DNA from: a virus
IMG/VR virus record: IMGVR_UViG_3300008954_000025
Span: 23,893 to 87,892 of that record
Length of the DNA stretch: 64,000 nucleotides
Reading direction: 5' to 3' (one strand)
In this document: positions 8,404 to 16,951 of the stretch, piece after piece
Position numbering within the stretch: the first letter of the stretch is position 1
Layout: each line of letters begins with the position of its first letter
The notes under the pieces: generated by a model
The model's database searches: none
What the model saw: the letters and a program-made list of their open reading frames with translations, nothing else
What the model was told of the DNA's origin: nothing
Made by a program: the position numbers and the translations under genes

Positions 8404-9372
8404 TCAGTTGCAGCCGTCGCAGATGGAGAGCTGCCGGCGTCCGCCACGCTCGCGGGTGGTTTGGTACAGGTCGCTGTTGACGATCTCCAGCAGGCTCCCA
8501 ACCTCGACCACGTTGCCGAGCTCCAGTTCGTAGTTCATGTCGTGGCAGCAGATTGTCACGTTCCCGTGGGGACTGATCGACGGGCGCCGTGCGTGCCGGC
8601 AGCCACCGCGGTTGCTGACGAGGCGCGTCTTACCGTCTATCTGCTTAGTGGTCACGCGAGCGCGCCAGGTGCGGTTGGTGGGCAGCGCGGTCAGCGCCTC
8701 CTCGTGCTGCTCCTCGGTCATCGCGCCGATCTTGTACAAGCCCATCTGTTTGGGCTGCCACTGCGGCAAGCCGTAGCTCGTGATCTGCTTCTGCAGCGCA
8801 GCCAGCTCGTGCTCGTTCCACGCCGTGACGATCGACGCGCCGGTGGTGTAGAGGCCGGGTGTGTCGCTGCGCCTCTGTTCCCCTCGCCGCTGCACCATAG
8901 CGCCCAGTGTCTGCAGGTTCTGCTTCTGCTGACTGATGTTGATCCGGCCTGCGATCTTGAGCGCCGTCTCCTTTTCGAGCGAGTCGACTTCGTAGACGAT
9001 GCGGAGCTGCTTGCCGTGCGACTTGAACACGTCGCACATGGCGTCGATGCGCGCCCAGTCGACGGAGACCGCAAGTTTACTTGCGATTTCTGTCGTCATC
9101 CCACTGTCGGCGACGTGCTCCAGCAACTCGTAGATGTCGGGGTGAGCGAAGGACTCGCCGGCTTGATAGACGATCGCACGCGAGAAGCCCTCAGCCTTCA
9201 TGATGTCGATGATCTGCTTGAACATCGGCGTGGGCATGACCGCGTTGGTTCCTGTCTGCCAGCGCTGGTGGTGGCAGTAAACGCAGCGGTGGGGGCACAC
9301 AGAGCAGACGTCGACGAGGCTAGTTTTGGGCCGCCAGGGGTATTGCGCGAGGTCCGCTGCAGAGGTGGTCAT
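8404..9372 (-). CDS. Radical SAM protein with SPASM/twitch domain
   Basis: CPHRCVYC (CxxxCxxC), AGESFAHP, C-terminal C...ISPHGNVTICC.D....LGNV.....CDGC; likely ATG at 9372. Confidence 0.88.
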   Translation of the reverse strand: MTTSAADLAQYPWRPKTSLVDVCSVCPHRCVYCHHQRWQTGTNAVMPTPMFKQIIDIMKAEGFSRAIVYQAGESFAHPDIYELLEHVADSGMTTEIASKLAVSVDWARIDAMCDVFKSHGKQLRIVYEVDSLEKETALKIAGRINISQQKQNLQTLGAMVQRRGEQRRSDTPGLYTTGASIVTAWNEHELAALQKQITSYGLPQWQPKQMGLYKIGAMTEEQHEEALTALPTNRTWRARVTTKQIDGKTRLVSNRGGCRHARRPSISPHGNVTICCHDMNYELELGNVVEVGSLLEIVNSDLYQTTRERGGRRQLSICDGCN

Positions 9373-9407
9373 CCTGGCCAGCCTAGCACACGGCTGCGAG
9401 GGGCGGA

Positions 9408-9953
9408 GTGATCCGCTACGCCGAAAAGGTCGGGCGCGCTGTGTCCCTGGCGCGGTGCGTGCCGGAGTTGTTCGCGGAGGGGCAGCGCTCGGTCCTGTAC
9501 GTTGGGGCGCGTGCGTCACGGACCGAGTTCGCCGAAGACCTCGCTGCAGCCGGCGCCACGATCGACGTGCTCGAAGCGTGGGCGCAGAACGTCGCCGACT
9601 TGCGGGAGGCCGCGCCGTCTTGGCTGCGGCACGTGTTCCATCACGACGTCCGCGACGTGGATCTGCTACCCGCGCTGCACTACGACGTGGTCTTCTGGTG
9701 GCACGGTCCCGAGCACGTCACGCGGCTCGAGGCGCAGCGCACCGCGGTCAAGCTCCAGCGCATCGCGCCGCTCGTCGTGCTCGGCTGTCCGTGGGGCGAC
9801 TATCCGCAGGGCGCGCTCGGCGGCAACCCGTACGAGGTCCACCAGTGGGCCCCCGAACCGGAGGAGTTCGAGGCGCTCGGCTTCGACGCCGAGGTGCTCC
9901 CACCGAGGGGCCGCGGCGGCAACATCCTGTCGTGGTGGCGCAAGAGAGGTTGA
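9408..9953 (+). CDS. Methyltransferase-fold protein
   Basis: VLYVGA, DVLEAW, HHDVRD, YDVVFWWHGPEH, GNPYEVH. Confidence 0.65.
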   Translation: MIRYAEKVGRAVSLARCVPELFAEGQRSVLYVGARASRTEFAEDLAAAGATIDVLEAWAQNVADLREAAPSWLRHVFHHDVRDVDLLPALHYDVVFWWHGPEHVTRLEAQRTAVKLQRIAPLVVLGCPWGDYPQGALGGNPYEVHQWAPEPEEFEALGFDAEVLPPRGRGGNILSWWRKRG

Positions 9954-9954
9954 C

Positions 9955-10593
9955 GTGACGAGCTACGACCCACTGACCTACTGGACCGAGCGCACGCGCA
10001 AGTTGCTGGACACCGACAACCCGGCGCTGGTGCATCGCGACCGGAGTCTCGAGGTCGACGTCAAGACGGCTGACTGGCTGCGTGCGGTCCTGCTGTCTGA
10101 AGAGCTGCGCCTTGGCCATAAGCCGTCGATCCTCGAGGTCGGCTGCGGGTTCGGGCGCTGGTCGCAGATCCTGAAGTCGCGGTACGCCCGCTACGTCGGC
10201 GCCGACATCGTAGCTGACCGCGTGCAGGTCGCGCTGGACGACTACGCGGCGGACAACGTCGACTTCGTCGTCGTGGCGGCCGACGGTCGGTGGGATGTGC
10301 AGGCGCCAGCGGACGTTGTCCCGGTCGACGTCGTCATGTCGATCACCGTGCTGCAGCACGTCGACTTCGACACCACCGCCCGCCTGCTGCAGACCATGGA
10401 CCGGCACCTCAAGCCTGGCGGCGCCGCGCTGCTCGCCGAGTGGCGCATGTACGACGAGCCACAACAGATGCTGGACGCGCGAACGCACGAGGCGCACATG
10501 TTGCCGAAGTCGATACCCGAGCTGCGTGCAGTCGTCCCGGACCTCAACTGGACCGGGCGCCAAGGCCGCTTCATCTTGAGGAAGCCAGAATGA
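9955..10593 (+). CDS. Class I SAM-dependent methyltransferase
   Basis: YW..R start, ILEVGCGFGR, YVGAD, DVVMSITVLQH, LKPGG. Confidence 0.88.
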   Translation: MTSYDPLTYWTERTRKLLDTDNPALVHRDRSLEVDVKTADWLRAVLLSEELRLGHKPSILEVGCGFGRWSQILKSRYARYVGADIVADRVQVALDDYAADNVDFVVVAADGRWDVQAPADVVPVDVVMSITVLQHVDFDTTARLLQTMDRHLKPGGAALLAEWRMYDEPQQMLDARTHEAHMLPKSIPELRAVVPDLNWTGRQGRFILRKPE

Positions 10594-11597
10594 AGATCGT
10601 CAGCGTTTGCCGAACCTATCCGACGCAGCGTCCGGGCGGCATGCCGCACGTCACGCAGGACCGTGCAAGAGCGCTTGCGCGAGCTGGTCACGACGTCACG
10701 GTCGTGACCACGAGCCTGAAGGACGACGGCCGAACCGAGCTGGACGATGACGGCGTGCGTGTCGTGCATACGGCCTGCCCGTCGCAGGCGTACACGCCGC
10801 TGTTCGCCGAGCGGTGCCGCTGGGAGTGCGAGGACCTCGCGCCGGACGTGATCCACCTCGACAGCTTCGACCGCGCGCGGCCGTGGTGGGTCGGCCTGTC
10901 GGCGCGCACCGTGGTGACGATGCACGGCTTCGGCGTGGGCGCGATGCTCACGTCGTGGAACAAGTTCCTGGCCGGAGGCCGCACGGCGCCGATGCCGGAC
11001 TGGTCCGCGCTGCGCGACGAGGCGGACGTGCTGCAGACGTTCGATCGGGTCTTGGCCATCTCGACCCACGAGCAGTGGATGCTGTCGGACGTGTACAACC
11101 TGCAGGACCGCGTGCGCTTGGTGCCTAACCCGATCGCGCCGTACTTCTTCGACATGCCGTGGCCCGTACCGGCCGTGCCGGCGGCCCCATTCGTGTGCAT
11201 CGGGAACCCCGGCACCAGCGGCAATCGCGACTTCGGCCGGGTCCGCGACGCGGCGCGAGCAGCTGGCGTACCGCTCGAGGTCATCACTGGCGTGGAGCGC
11301 TCCCGCATCCCGCAGATGCTCGACGAGAGTCAGGGGCTCGTGCTGCCGACGCTGTGGTCGCAGGGCTACGACCTCGCTGTGGCCGAAGCTCTAGCGCGTC
11401 GGCGCCCCGTCATCGTCTCGGGTACCGGCTCGTACTGGCACCTGCGCGCTCCGTACGTTCGCGTCATCCCGCGCGCGGCCGCGTTAGACGTACTTGTTGA
11501 GGCGCTCCAAGCAGCACTACCGGAAGTGCCCGCCGGCGCCGCGGACGACCACCGCCCCAACCGGCACGTCGACGCATGGGAGGCCGCTCTTGCCTGA
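10590..11597 (+). CDS. Glycosyltransferase, GT-B fold (GT4-like)
   Basis: PGGM, LARAGHDVTVVT, PDVIH, TMHG, VPNP, SQGYDLAVAEALA (first Glu of E-x7-E replaced by Gln). Confidence 0.85.
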   Translation: MKIVSVCRTYPTQRPGGMPHVTQDRARALARAGHDVTVVTTSLKDDGRTELDDDGVRVVHTACPSQAYTPLFAERCRWECEDLAPDVIHLDSFDRARPWWVGLSARTVVTMHGFGVGAMLTSWNKFLAGGRTAPMPDWSALRDEADVLQTFDRVLAISTHEQWMLSDVYNLQDRVRLVPNPIAPYFFDMPWPVPAVPAAPFVCIGNPGTSGNRDFGRVRDAARAAGVPLEVITGVERSRIPQMLDESQGLVLPTLWSQGYDLAVAEALARRRPVIVSGTGSYWHLRAPYVRVIPRAAALDVLVEALQAALPEVPAGAADDHRPNRHVDAWEAALA

Positions 11598-12906
11598 TCG
11601 CGCACTCGCTGTCTTCGGCCACAGCCGCCCCGAACTGCTGCGTCGCGTGCTCGCGCAGGTGCCCCAGCTCGACGGCGCGAACGAGTTCGACCTGTGGTGC
11701 TTCATCGACGGCCCAAGGGAGCACGACGCGGAGCTGGTGCAGCAGTGCGAGGCTGTAGCTCGCGCCGTCGTCCCTCGGGAGCGGTTGGTCGTGCGCGGCA
11801 AGAATCTCGGTGTCGGCCTGCACCAGACCGGGGCGCGTCGATTCTTGTTCGAGGAGCAGGGCTACGACGCCGTGCTGCAAGTCGAAGACGACGTCGAGCT
11901 CTCACCCTGCGCGCTCACGGCGCTCGGCGCGCTGCACCATGCGAAGCCGGGTCTGGTAGGCCACAGCTTCATGGACACGCGCAGCTCGCGTGAGAAGCTG
12001 GGCGCGCTTCGGGACGTGCGTCCTGGAGCGGCGCTGCTGTGTGCGCTGATCACCGGCGAGGTGTACGACGCGACGGCCGGGACGATGGACGCGTACGCCG
12101 AGCGCTTCCTCATGCCGCTGCACCAGCGCGGGCGCCCGTACAAGTGGCGGGACGACGCAGCCATCCGCAAGTTCCTGTCGGACCTCGTCGGCCACGACGT
12201 GACGTCGCTGTACCCGACGAGCCAGGACGCCGTGCTGCTCGCCGCGTGCGTCGCGGCCGACGTGCCCGTCTGGTCGCCGACGGTGAACCACATTCGGCAC
12301 GTCGTCGACACTGGCGAGCACGTGCTGCCCAGCTCGGACGTGGGCATTGCCTGTCGACGGACCAAGCTCGACCTCTTCCCTGGTGCGGTGGCGGTCACTG
12401 CGCTGTCGGACCCGCAGCTGGACGACACGTCCCCTCCGCTGGGCAGCCAGCGCAGCTACCTGCACGTGAGCCTGCTGCAGCTGTACACCGAGGCCCGGCC
12501 GGAGACCGCGATTCAGTACGGCATCACGCCGGCGACGCCTGTGCTATTGGGCCTGACCGGGGGCGAGCTCCACACGGTCGAGGTCGAGCGCGCGTGGCAG
12601 GAGCGCGTGGCGTTCGACCTCCCGGCGCGGAGCTTCGGGCGCTGGTGCCCGCATGGAGGGCGGTCGTTCGCAGGCGTGGCGCGGCTGGACGATGCACTGG
12701 CCCGGGTCCCTGGGCTGCCGAGGGAAGCCGACCTGGTGCTCGTGAACGCGCCGGCCGGCAGTGCGTGCTTGCGAGCCGCGGCGCGGCGCGTCGCCCCCGG
12801 CGGCCTGCTACTGACTGACGATCCGCGTGCCCGGCCCCCTAGCGGTCCGTGGCACCGCATAGACATCGACGGCGGAGCCGCGTTCCGTCGCACGGAGGAC
12901 TCATGA
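11590..12906 (+). CDS. GT-A fold glycosyltransferase fused to a degenerate methyltransferase-like C-terminal domain
   Basis: VFGHSRPELL, FIDG, NLGVG, VEDD; C-terminal LHTVE...DLVLVN...APGGLLLTDD; TTG start overlapping upstream gene. Confidence 0.65.
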   Translation: MPDRALAVFGHSRPELLRRVLAQVPQLDGANEFDLWCFIDGPREHDAELVQQCEAVARAVVPRERLVVRGKNLGVGLHQTGARRFLFEEQGYDAVLQVEDDVELSPCALTALGALHHAKPGLVGHSFMDTRSSREKLGALRDVRPGAALLCALITGEVYDATAGTMDAYAERFLMPLHQRGRPYKWRDDAAIRKFLSDLVGHDVTSLYPTSQDAVLLAACVAADVPVWSPTVNHIRHVVDTGEHVLPSSDVGIACRRTKLDLFPGAVAVTALSDPQLDDTSPPLGSQRSYLHVSLLQLYTEARPETAIQYGITPATPVLLGLTGGELHTVEVERAWQERVAFDLPARSFGRWCPHGGRSFAGVARLDDALARVPGLPREADLVLVNAPAGSACLRAAARRVAPGGLLLTDDPRARPPSGPWHRIDIDGGAAFRRTEDS

Positions 12907-13352
12907 GCAACGTAGAAGACACCGGTGGCCGCGAGCCTGCCGAGGGGCTCCGGAAGCAGCGGCGTGCCGAGGCGGCCGCGCGCCGGCGCGCCGCGGCCAA
13001 GGATCGCCCACCCGCGGAGCCGTGTTGGGGCCAGGTGGTTGCGGTGGAGCCGGCCGACATCGACCGCTTCGCCGCCCTGCACCAGAAGTCGCAGGCCGAG
13101 CGGCTCCGGTTCGCGGACATGGCAGCCAGCGCGATGCAGCAGCTGGCCCCGCAGCTCCTGGCAATGGGCGAGGCGAACAAGGAGGTCCGCGGCGTGTTGA
13201 CGCACCTCGCCGAGAAGTATCGCATCACCCCCGAGGAGCGGGGCGCGGACGCTGTGTGGGAGCTGCTGCCGGCTGAAGGCGGCTTCGTCCGCCGCGATGA
13301 GGTCCCCGAAGTCCCGGTGCCGCCCGCGCCGGACACCCCGGACGACCCTTAG
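12903..13352 (+). CDS. Hypothetical protein
   Basis: ATG overlapping upstream stop, preceded by GGAGG; coding-like composition. Confidence 0.6.
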   Translation: MSNVEDTGGREPAEGLRKQRRAEAAARRRAAAKDRPPAEPCWGQVVAVEPADIDRFAALHQKSQAERLRFADMAASAMQQLAPQLLAMGEANKEVRGVLTHLAEKYRITPEERGADAVWELLPAEGGFVRRDEVPEVPVPPAPDTPDDP

Positions 13353-13362
13353 CCCGCTGCTG

Positions 13363-13371
13363 TGGTAGGCT
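13363..13371 (+). promoter_or_regulatory. Extended -10 element before the neck/tail operon
   Basis: TGG-TAGGCT 9 nt before GTG 13381; no Shine-Dalgarno. Confidence 0.45.
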
Positions 13372-13380
13372 AAGACCGCC

Positions 13381-14460
13381 GTGTCTGGGCCGGCCGTCAT
13401 CAACTTCATCGTCCAGAACTTGGGGGCCGTCCGCCAGTTCTACGACGAGATCCGCGTACACCGGAGCGTTACGGGCCGCGCAGGGCCCTACGTCGAGGTC
13501 ACCGCGGCCGGCGTCGCCGAGTACCCGCGGATCCCGCTCGAGGACGACAAGGTCGTCTACGAGTTTGCCCATCGGCAGGGGGACCCGACTGACTGGTATC
13601 GGGTCTCCTACAGCCTCTCCACCGACGCTACGGGTACGGTGGAGTCGTCACAGTGCGACCCGGTCCGGGCCGACTTGGAGCAGGTCCGCGACGTCATCAC
13701 CGCGCAGGAGATCAAGACCAATTTCCTGTTCGGTCTGGACCTGACCGACGACCGCGGCGAGGAGCTGCCCGACAGTGTGTACGAGTGGTACGCGCTCGCG
13801 GCCACCGACCTGCTGGAGTCCCAGCTCGACATCGCCATCCGGACCCGCACCATCGACAGCTCGGCCGTCGACGGCGGCGTCAGCGCGCCCGGCGACGAGT
13901 TCCAGGACTTCTTGGTGCAGGAGTACTACAAGTTCATCTGGCTGCAGCTCGACCGGTACCCCGTCATCAGCGTCGACCGGATCCGGCTGGTGCTGCCCAA
14001 CGGGCAGGAGATCATCAACTTCGACACGAGCTGGTTCAAGGTGCTCCAGGCCAAGGGCCAGGTGATGATCATCCCCAGCTCCGGCTCGACCGCCACGATC
14101 ACGCTGGGACAGAGCGGCGCGTGGCTGCCGCTCGTGTACGGCTGGACCGACTTCATCCCCGACGTGTTCGAGATCCGCTACACGGCCGGCTTCGCTAACG
14201 GCGTGCCGCCCGCGCTCAAGAACCTCGTCGGCAAGATGGCCGCGATCGGACCGCTGGCGATCCTCGGCGACCTGATCATCGGCGCCGGTATCGCCGAGCA
14301 GAACATCTCGATGGACGGGCTGATGCAGAACGTCCGGAGCACCGCGTCGGCGACCAACTCCGGGTTCGGCGCGCGGATCCGCCAGTACCTGGCCGAGATC
14401 AAGCAGGAGCGCAAAGACCTCTACCGCTTCTACCGCGGTATCCCGCTGCAGGTGGCGTAG
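13381..14460 (+). CDS. Head-tail adaptor/neck protein
   Basis: GLDLTDD.GEELPD.....A...LE..LDI.I, YPVISV, IRYTAG, ISMDG, SATNSGFGARI resemble SPO1/Twort-type neck proteins; first gene of the neck-sheath series. Confidence 0.7.
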   Translation: MSGPAVINFIVQNLGAVRQFYDEIRVHRSVTGRAGPYVEVTAAGVAEYPRIPLEDDKVVYEFAHRQGDPTDWYRVSYSLSTDATGTVESSQCDPVRADLEQVRDVITAQEIKTNFLFGLDLTDDRGEELPDSVYEWYALAATDLLESQLDIAIRTRTIDSSAVDGGVSAPGDEFQDFLVQEYYKFIWLQLDRYPVISVDRIRLVLPNGQEIINFDTSWFKVLQAKGQVMIIPSSGSTATITLGQSGAWLPLVYGWTDFIPDVFEIRYTAGFANGVPPALKNLVGKMAAIGPLAILGDLIIGAGIAEQNISMDGLMQNVRSTASATNSGFGARIRQYLAEIKQERKDLYRFYRGIPLQVA

Positions 14461-15263
14461 TGGGCGTGAAGAGCGACGTCGTCGGGCTGCCCTTCAAGCT
14501 CAACCCGCGCGTGGACTTCGAGATCGCGCGGTTCGAGAAGCTCGTCGAGCGGAGCCCTCGCTTCGTCTGGGAGCGCAGCGCGCTGTGCCCGTGCGCCAAC
14601 AACAACACGCAGACGCAGCAGGCCGACGTGACGTGCGTGCTGTGCGGCGGTGCTGGCTTCTTCTGGTTCGGGCCCAACGGCTACGTCGTCGATGAGGACG
14701 TGGTGGGCGCGCTCACCCAGACGCAGAAGAGCGTGCAGGCGCGGAACGACGGCGCGATCATCCGGGGCTTCATGGCGAGCGCCCAGATGATGCAGACCGG
14801 CTACGACCGGCTGGGCGGCTGGTTCTGGGGCCAGATGCGCATCACCGTGCGGCCGGAGAACAAGCTCGGCTACTACGATCGACTCATCAACCTGGACGAG
14901 TCGATCGTGTTCACCGAGACGCTGGAGGTCGACGGCGCAGCGACGACGCAGCTGCGGTACCCGGCCATCGACGTGTACGAGCTCCGCACGCTCACGTCGC
15001 GGTTCATCTGCGGCGTGCACTACGACGTCGTTGACGGAGACATCTCCTGGCTCGGCGGCCAGGAGCCCGACGCTGACACGCGCATCGCGGTCCACTACCT
15101 GTGCCACCCCGCGTGGATCGTCATCAACTTCCCGCACGTCGAGCGCGCGTCGACGACGCGGTCGAAGACGCGGACGGCCGCTGGCCAGCCGTCGCCGCCG
15201 CCAGTGCCGCAGTCGCTGCCGATCCACGCAGACGTCAAACTCGAGTTCGAGCGGGAGGGCTAG
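14460..15263 (+). CDS. Head closure/neck protein with Zn-binding motif
   Basis: WERSALCPC...CVLCGGAG, LGYYDR; position after the adaptor. Confidence 0.65.
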   Translation: MGVKSDVVGLPFKLNPRVDFEIARFEKLVERSPRFVWERSALCPCANNNTQTQQADVTCVLCGGAGFFWFGPNGYVVDEDVVGALTQTQKSVQARNDGAIIRGFMASAQMMQTGYDRLGGWFWGQMRITVRPENKLGYYDRLINLDESIVFTETLEVDGAATTQLRYPAIDVYELRTLTSRFICGVHYDVVDGDISWLGGQEPDADTRIAVHYLCHPAWIVINFPHVERASTTRSKTRTAAGQPSPPPVPQSLPIHADVKLEFEREG

Positions 15264-15953
15264 ATGCTGGACGTGCTGTTCGACGGCGGCCCGCGGTACG
15301 AGGACCAGATCGAGTACGCCGCGCACGGCGTGCGGCGGGACATTTTGGAGTCCGTCGGCCGCGAGCTGCGCGAGCGGTGGGTCCAGATGGTCGAGCGCGA
15401 GGTCTCGCCCGAGATGGCGCAGATCTACATCGAGGCCATCTCGGAGCCGATCATCGTCGGGGACAGCGTGTCCGTGGAACTGGACGAGAGTCACCACGCC
15501 GTCGTCCGGACCATCGAGCACGGCCAGAACAGCACCGACATGAAGGCGGCGCTGCTCAGGTCACCGAAGGCCAAGACGGCCAAGGACGGCGGGCGGTACA
15601 TCGACGTGCCGCTGGTCTACAAGGACCCGCGCATGACCGCGCAGCGCCGTGTCTTCCCGCGGGACCTGCTCCCTGCGTTCCGCGGGACCGATCCACGAGG
15701 CCGCGTGGTGCCCCGCGACGCCGACCACGGCCTGCGCGGGCTGCGCAAGGACGACCTGGAGTGGAAGAAGCAGCACCACACGCCGATGAATAGGTTCCAG
15801 GGCGTGAAGTTCCGGAGAGTCTCGGAGAAGAGCGGGAGCTGGATCTCGCAGACGACGTCGGCCCACAACTTCGCCGCGCGCATGCAGCACGTCGTGTCCA
15901 TGGTCGTCGACAGCGCGATCGACAAGGAGCTGAAGCGGGGACGCCTGGGATGA
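15264..15953 (+). CDS. Neck protein
   Basis: DMK..LL.SPKAK.AKDGGRYIDVP, FRRVSEKS.SWI; synteny. Confidence 0.6.
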   Translation: MLDVLFDGGPRYEDQIEYAAHGVRRDILESVGRELRERWVQMVEREVSPEMAQIYIEAISEPIIVGDSVSVELDESHHAVVRTIEHGQNSTDMKAALLRSPKAKTAKDGGRYIDVPLVYKDPRMTAQRRVFPRDLLPAFRGTDPRGRVVPRDADHGLRGLRKDDLEWKKQHHTPMNRFQGVKFRRVSEKSGSWISQTTSAHNFAARMQHVVSMVVDSAIDKELKRGRLG

Positions 15954-16666
15954 TCGAGCGGTTCATCTACACGGCGCTGACCGACGGGCTCGCCGAGCTG
16001 ACGGCCGAGCCCGTGCGCCTCGAGCGCGTCTTCGACTTCTTCATGGGGCTCGACGACGCCGAGGTCGCCAAGATCCGGACGTACTACGCCAGCGACCCGC
16101 CGAACGTCATCCACAACTTCCCGCGCGAGAACAGCCCGTTCCCGCTGTTCGCCATCGTGCTCAAGAACGAGTCGGAGCCCACCAAGTTCCTCGGCGACTT
16201 CGCTGGCCAGATCACCGACCTGGACCTCGATGCCTACGAGGGCTTCGAGGCGGACGGCGTCGACGGCTCCGAGGTCTTCGGGTCCATCTACCAGCACTCG
16301 TTCAACATCATGGTGTACGCCAAGCACCCCGATGTGTGCATTTGGTACTACCACCTCGCCAAGTACATCATGACGCGCGCCCGCGCCTTCTTCGTGGAGT
16401 GTGGACTGTTCGACATGGAGCTGGGCGGCCAGGACGTGGCGCCCGACCCGCGCTACATCCCGGCCTTCCTGTTCGCGCGCACCTTGCGCTTCTCCTGTCA
16501 GCGCCAGTTCGAGGTCGTCGGGGAGCCTGCGAGTGAGGCGGAGGGCGGCGGCCGGGTCCGGGCAGTGGCCGGCATCCACGTCGCGGGCGGCTCAAACACG
16601 ACCGTGGACGGTGACGACGCAGTCCCTGGGGTCAAGACGCTCGTCACGCCCTACAATACAGAGTAA
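15950..16666 (+). CDS. Tail completion/terminator protein
   Basis: NFPRE..PFP...I.L..E.E...FLG; position just before the sheath. Confidence 0.6.
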   Translation: MIERFIYTALTDGLAELTAEPVRLERVFDFFMGLDDAEVAKIRTYYASDPPNVIHNFPRENSPFPLFAIVLKNESEPTKFLGDFAGQITDLDLDAYEGFEADGVDGSEVFGSIYQHSFNIMVYAKHPDVCIWYYHLAKYIMTRARAFFVECGLFDMELGGQDVAPDPRYIPAFLFARTLRFSCQRQFEVVGEPASEAEGGGRVRAVAGIHVAGGSNTTVDGDDAVPGVKTLVTPYNTE

Positions 16667-16678
16667 AAGGGGAAAGAC

Positions 16679-16939
16679 GTGGCTACACGACGAACGAGGA
16701 CGACCCGGGCGGCGAAGACGGCGGCCAAGACGCCCGCAGTGGCGCCCGCCCCGCCCGCCCCGCCGCAGCCTGTGCTTCCGCGCGTCAAGCTCGTGGTGTT
16801 CACGCAGACTTCCGGTGTGCACCCCACGCGGATGGCCGGGTTCGTCCGCAGGATGCGGGGGATCCAGCCTGAGCGGCGAACAATGGTAGAGTGGCGGCAG
16901 GCGTACGAGGCGTTCCTGCGGGCCCCGATCGTAGGCTAG
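16679..16939 (+). CDS. Small hypothetical virion-morphogenesis protein
   Basis: RBS-like AAAGGGGAAAG; occupies the small-gene slot before the sheath. Confidence 0.5.
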   Translation: MATRRTRTTRAAKTAAKTPAVAPAPPAPPQPVLPRVKLVVFTQTSGVHPTRMAGFVRRMRGIQPERRTMVEWRQAYEAFLRAPIVG

Positions 16940-16951
16940 AGGTACTGAGAG

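Noticed and set aside
1045-12906. Host LPS/capsule locus or serotype-conversion cassette
   Set aside because: No transport, polymerase or nucleotide-sugar genes; contiguous and co-oriented with phage genes, with similar composition (not fully excluded without homology searches)
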